Virus record (IMG/VR): IMGVR_UViG_3300038853_000032
Direction: 5' to 3' (one strand)
Length of the DNA stretch: 56,808 bases
Source: an uncultured virus (IMG/VR IMGVR_UViG_3300038853_000032)
Lineage: Duplodnaviria; Heunggongvirae; Uroviricota; Caudoviricetes
This document shows, piece after piece, positions 52,837 through 56,808 of the stretch (its first letter is position 1; every line of letters begins with the position of its first letter). The translations under genes and the position numbers were made by a program. The notes beneath the pieces were generated by a model. That model ran no database searches, was not told the DNA's origin, and saw only the letters and a program-made list of their open reading frames with translations.

Positions 52837-54938
52837 TAACCTTGAGGAATAGTTCTACCTGTACCAATAAATCCACCAAAATGAATCTGATTATTTCTTA
52901 ACTTACAAGCAACAAAACTTTTTGCACAAACATCGTTAGCTTTAACAGTATCAACAGAAACATTTTTATCAGTAAAGAAACCGTTAGCTCTAAAAACAGT
53001 TTCTCCAGAGGTTCCAGGAATTAACCCTGTTCCATCTGAGGGATATTGACATTCTTCTCCTTTATAAATCCAAGGGCAGGTATTCTTATAATATTTACGT
53101 CGAGGAAAACTAAGCTTAAAATATTGTAACCAACTAGTTAAGTTAAATTCTGCAAATGCCCCATTCAAACTTTGAAGCTGATCGACTTTAAAAACATCTT
53201 CCACATAAGCATCTGTATCAGCGTCTGGATTTACAATAAATAGAGGAGTCCCCAAACCAACATTAGAAAATGGTACGCTAGTTTCAATAAAGTTACCGAC
53301 AATATTTACTACATTAGCATGATTTCCCCGAGACCCCTTAATCGTAACATTATCTCCAATTCGATAAGGAGCTGTGCTGTAAAGTTCTACCACATTACCA
53401 TTTAAAGAAAGAATACTACTGTACTCAGGCCAATAATCTAAAAAGTTTGCAAAAGTAGATTTAATTCTAACTACACCACCTAACAGATCCCTTGAATCAG
53501 CTTTTCCAGGAACCCATGTCCCACCAATAGTAGAACAACGGTCATAAGTAATAGCAGCATTAACAGTGCCAGCGTAATCACTATCTACCACATCCTGATC
53601 AAAAAGAGCATTAGTAGGAATAGTATAAGGATCAAGATTGCCTAAAATCTCAAAATTAACTGTTCCATAAGCAGCATTAGCGCAATTACCAACTAAAAAA
53701 GGGTCTTCTACAATTTGAGCAATTAGCGAATCGAAGTTAGCAATTTTTACACTAGTTTGATTAACCTCTCCACTTTGAGATAGGCCGATGCCTCCAGAAT
53801 CTATGGGATAACATAGATAAGAATCACCATCATAATAAGCCCTGTAAGAAATATCAGAAATAGTATCCCCACGAACCTCTGCAAAACGATAAGGAAAACC
53901 AAAAGGCCACGCCAACCCATCTCCTTCCCCTGTCGGGTTTCCAGCTCCGTTAGCAGGAAACCATTCTCCAGGATAGAAAATATCATATAACCTTACTAAA
54001 GGAGGTTGTTCAAAAGCATTTTTAATACGGACGAACCCAGAAGTATCTAAACGTAAAAGTTTAGTGACCGCAATTGTATTTTGTTCTGAAAATACAGGAG
54101 CGTTGTAGGGAACAGACTCGGTATTACCACTAACAATTCTAACCGACAAATTAGCATCTTTACTTTGAGGAAAAGTGGCAACAGTAACAAAATTATTATT
54201 AACATTACGAACTGCTACATCAAATGTTTCAGTCGCAAAGCCTGGAAGTTGTTGTCCTTTACTACCTGTTCTTATTCGTCCACTCCTATCCCGATTTACA
54301 GGAACCTGTCGTTCTCTCTGTTCAAAAGCCTCAATAAACTTTTGTTGTGTATTAGCAGCATCAACAATTTGACCGTTAGGGCCAACCCCTCGTCCTTCTG
54401 AATCAGTTTTAATAGATATCAAACCCTCTCCAGGTTCAAAAATAAAAGGAACAATATCAAATCCAGCCCGTCCTAAACCGTTAAGAGCATTAGTACTGGG
54501 ATAAATAATTAAATCTTTTCTTAATGGAATCCCATCCACTTTAACAGTGATCTCTGACGCATTTAAATTAGCAAAGTCAGTTGCGCTTTCTCCATCATCA
54601 GTCGTGGTAGGAAGAGCAAAAGTATTAGTTGCCCCATTAATAATAAAGTTATTTCCATTAACAGTCGTGGTCGCAGCATTAGAGTAAAACTGAATAGCTG
54701 AAAAAGGAACTCCCGCTGCAGTAGTACCAGTAGTTTGAATCACATTACAATGAACAAATTCCCCCACTTCATATTCATTGACAAGGTTATTAACTTTGAC
54801 TTTTAAAAGATTATTAGCCAAATCTTGAAAAATAATCTCTCCAGAAGTTTCAGAAGTATTACCAATTGCTTGTAGCCCAACAGTAAAATTTTGAGCTGCT
54901 TTAAGAAATAGCTTATAATCATAAGTGCGAGTAGACAT
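52836..54938 (-). CDS. enlarged minor tail protein L (gpL-like)
   Basis: C-terminal 'CPWIYKGEECQY...DVCAKSFVACKLR....HFGGF' four-Cys (Fe-S) motif. Confidence 0.85.
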   Translation of the reverse strand: MSTRTYDYKLFLKAAQNFTVGLQAIGNTSETSGEIIFQDLANNLLKVKVNNLVNEYEVGEFVHCNVIQTTGTTAAGVPFSAIQFYSNAATTTVNGNNFIINGATNTFALPTTTDDGESATDFANLNASEITVKVDGIPLRKDLIIYPSTNALNGLGRAGFDIVPFIFEPGEGLISIKTDSEGRGVGPNGQIVDAANTQQKFIEAFEQRERQVPVNRDRSGRIRTGSKGQQLPGFATETFDVAVRNVNNNFVTVATFPQSKDANLSVRIVSGNTESVPYNAPVFSEQNTIAVTKLLRLDTSGFVRIKNAFEQPPLVRLYDIFYPGEWFPANGAGNPTGEGDGLAWPFGFPYRFAEVRGDTISDISYRAYYDGDSYLCYPIDSGGIGLSQSGEVNQTSVKIANFDSLIAQIVEDPFLVGNCANAAYGTVNFEILGNLDPYTIPTNALFDQDVVDSDYAGTVNAAITYDRCSTIGGTWVPGKADSRDLLGGVVRIKSTFANFLDYWPEYSSILSLNGNVVELYSTAPYRIGDNVTIKGSRGNHANVVNIVGNFIETSVPFSNVGLGTPLFIVNPDADTDAYVEDVFKVDQLQSLNGAFAEFNLTSWLQYFKLSFPRRKYYKNTCPWIYKGEECQYPSDGTGLIPGTSGETVFRANGFFTDKNVSVDTVKANDVCAKSFVACKLRNNQIHFGGFIGTGRTIPQG

Positions 54939-55945
54939 TAGTCAAATACTTCTTTTAAAGCGAAGCTAACTTTATAAAAGTTATTTTGTTTAGTAGAGTC
55001 TAAAGAGTAATCATGACTAATATCCAAAGGCCCTTCAAACCTAGTAATTACAGTCCCCAATTGATTAACGTGAGTGAGATCAAAAAAGAACGCTTCAAAA
55101 GTACCCTTACGAGCATCGTAAAAACCTTCAATTGCCTCCTTTTCTAACCCGCTCACATTAGTATATTCTAAACTAAAATCTCTTTTTGGTCGGCGACTAC
55201 GTAATCGTCTCTTTTCGTAACCAGCTTGTGAGGCAAAAGTAATAACATCAAATGTTTTATTAGTTTCAATGCCTCGATCAGGTTTTCTATCGGCCATCGA
55301 ACTCAAAAAGTCTTTAGTAATATTACTAACAAATGCTCGAATTGTTAAAACGTCAATTTCAGCAGCAGTAAAAGCATTAGCTACCGAAGCAGCTAAACTT
55401 GTACTCGTAGGATTAGCAATACGCACAGTAACATCAGAAAGAGCCGCGTTACCGCTGGGATAAATAAAAGCAGTAGTAGGCTGTGCCACACCCTGAATCA
55501 CCACCTCTAACGCATCCTCATTAGCAATATCTTCTGCTCCTACAGGAATACGGAAATCTACAGTTTTACCGTTAATAACAAAAGTATTACTGTCTACAAT
55601 GTTATTAGCATCACTACTATTATCGTTATATTCTACAACTAAAGTAGTAGGAAAACTACGAATAGTAGTAAAACGGTCAGGTAAAGTAACAGAAGTAAGT
55701 TTAACCTTAACACCGTTAGCCGGAGGAGAAAAGAAATTAATGGTACTAAAATTATTACTAATACTATATGAAGTAGGAGCCTGAATAATCCCACTTAACT
55801 GAACAATAGCTTCTCCTTTAAACTTAACTGGTTCAGCTAAATTATAGTCAGTTCGACTTCCGTTAGCTGTGTAACTAGCAATTCCAGTAGATGAAAAACT
55901 TAGAGCATTAAGAGTAGCGTCAGCAGGATAAGTTGCAGTAGCCAT
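54938..55945 (-). CDS. distal tail protein (gpM/DUF2460-like) with N-terminal extra domains
   Basis: 'AGYEKRR', 'IEGFYDARKG.FEAFFF', 'F.LKEVF'; directly follows the tape measure. Confidence 0.8.
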   Translation of the reverse strand: MATATYPADATLNALSFSSTGIASYTANGSRTDYNLAEPVKFKGEAIVQLSGIIQAPTSYSISNNFSTINFFSPPANGVKVKLTSVTLPDRFTTIRSFPTTLVVEYNDNSSDANNIVDSNTFVINGKTVDFRIPVGAEDIANEDALEVVIQGVAQPTTAFIYPSGNAALSDVTVRIANPTSTSLAASVANAFTAAEIDVLTIRAFVSNITKDFLSSMADRKPDRGIETNKTFDVITFASQAGYEKRRLRSRRPKRDFSLEYTNVSGLEKEAIEGFYDARKGTFEAFFFDLTHVNQLGTVITRFEGPLDISHDYSLDSTKQNNFYKVSFALKEVFD

Positions 55946-56808
55946 TAGCGTCTCCCGGTACCAGACCGCATTGACTGTTTAATCGGCCCATTATTACGCA
56001 AATCTTTCAAAACAATATCAACAACAAACTCTTTCGGATCGAAAGAAGGCTGAACACTGGCATCTCCTTGTTTCGGTGTTCCTTCATTTTTTACATTAAC
56101 ACTTATTTCAGGCATTCCTCCACCACCAGCGCCAGTTGCATTCATTCTTTCAAGCGCAGGTCCGCCAATTTGTCGAGCAATCGGTTTGCGGATAACAAAC
56201 TCTCCTGGTTCCAGCAGAGCTGGAACACGGTCTCTGTAAGCCACTGATCCGCCACTTTGAAGTCTTTGAACACCCATAACATCCATATGTTTTCCAATTA
56301 AGCCACCAGAAGCAGCAAAACTAAAACTACTGGCAAACGATTGAGCTATAATTTGGGTAAAAATCTGAATAAAAGTACTAAGTAACGCGGTTCCAAAATC
56401 ACCCGTCGCAGCCAAAATTCCGCCAAAAGTAAGAGCAGCCGTAGCCCCAACTTGACCGAGATTAATACCGGACTCTTGTAATGCAACATTAAGGTCGCTT
56501 AAAACAGTAGGCATTTCAGAAATAGTACTCTTTACGCTTCCCAACTCCGTATAAAAGTCTCGTGTATTTTGGGTAAGAAGAGGCGCAGTAACCGAAATCG
56601 GGTCCAGCAGGAGCGCTCCTCCTAAGTCTCTTATTCTACCACCACTACCAGGACCGCCATCTCTTCGAGTATTGAAACCACCTGTATCCGGTCTACCGCC
56701 ACCCACTATTTTAACTCTGAAAGCGTTGCCGTCTTGGACGGTTTTCAAAACAGCAGTGTTATTAGCTATTTGCATCTCAAGAGGATCATCAAGGCCAAAT
56801 ATATCCCT
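55945..56808 (-). CDS. tape measure protein, C-terminal part (truncated by the window edge)
   Basis: Frame open to the window end; 'ASGG', 'DRVPALLEPGEFVIRK', 'LERMN' are typical TMP C-terminal motifs; precedes gpM/gpL. Confidence 0.85.
   Translation of the reverse strand, partial: RDIFGLDDPLEMQIANNTAVLKTVQDGNAFRVKIVGGGRPDTGGFNTRRDGGPGSGGRIRDLGGALLLDPISVTAPLLTQNTRDFYTELGSVKSTISEMPTVLSDLNVALQESGINLGQVGATAALTFGGILAATGDFGTALLSTFIQIFTQIIAQSFASSFSFAASGGLIGKHMDVMGVQRLQSGGSVAYRDRVPALLEPGEFVIRKPIARQIGGPALERMNATGAGGGGMPEISVNVKNEGTPKQGDASVQPSFDPKEFVVDIVLKDLRNNGPIKQSMRSGTGRR

Noticed and set aside
1..56808. Stop-codon reassignment, suggested by PrmC and the odd tRNA
   Set aside because: Conserved genes are full-length in code 11; TAA, TGA (e.g. 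5758, 29853) and TAG (24339, 24779) all end genes at expected positions; the centred anticodon is GUU, not a suppressor
1..56808. CRISPR array, integrase, transposase, reverse transcriptase/DGR
   Set aside because: No regularly spaced repeats or matching catalytic motifs seen; the repeats present are paralogous genes

Overview
The window is a 56.8-kb AT-rich segment of a large lytic tailed phage (siphovirus) with T5-like (Demerecviridae-like) organisation, read in the standard genetic code. The + strand arm (1-36327) opens with a sugar/hydroxylation/redox accessory block (epimerase, three 2OG-Fe(II) oxygenases, three glycosyltransferases, peroxiredoxin, PrmC/HemK). It then carries the T5 replication series in T5 order: PC4-like protein, NAD-ligase, D5, DnaB-like helicase, primase, family A polymerase, D10, D11, D12/D13, D14, D15 and dUTPase. 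Auxiliary genes (PyrE-like, PurS, PurE, class II RNR, glutaredoxin, lysozyme) are inserted into that series. The - strand arm (36365-56808) converges on a bidirectional terminator. It holds lambda-type tail-tip genes (tape measure end, M, L, split K, two I, three-part J, chaperone-capped fibre), a promoter/terminator-bounded cluster of tiny very basic proteins led by a metallothionein-like peptide, and a lipase/nuclease/holin block. At the end of this arm sits the best candidate for an undescribed system: an AsnRS-like enzyme lacking its anticodon-binding domain, followed 10 nt later by a chimeric tRNA (Asn GUU anticodon and Asn acceptor end on a Leu-type long-variable-arm body, with U37). A second highlight is a non-splicing-type Hint domain (C...HN/K) behind a Gly-Gly motif at the start of tail tip J, next to two ubiquitin-like tail I genes and a JAB protease. 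All calls come from motif recognition by eye; no database searches were run.
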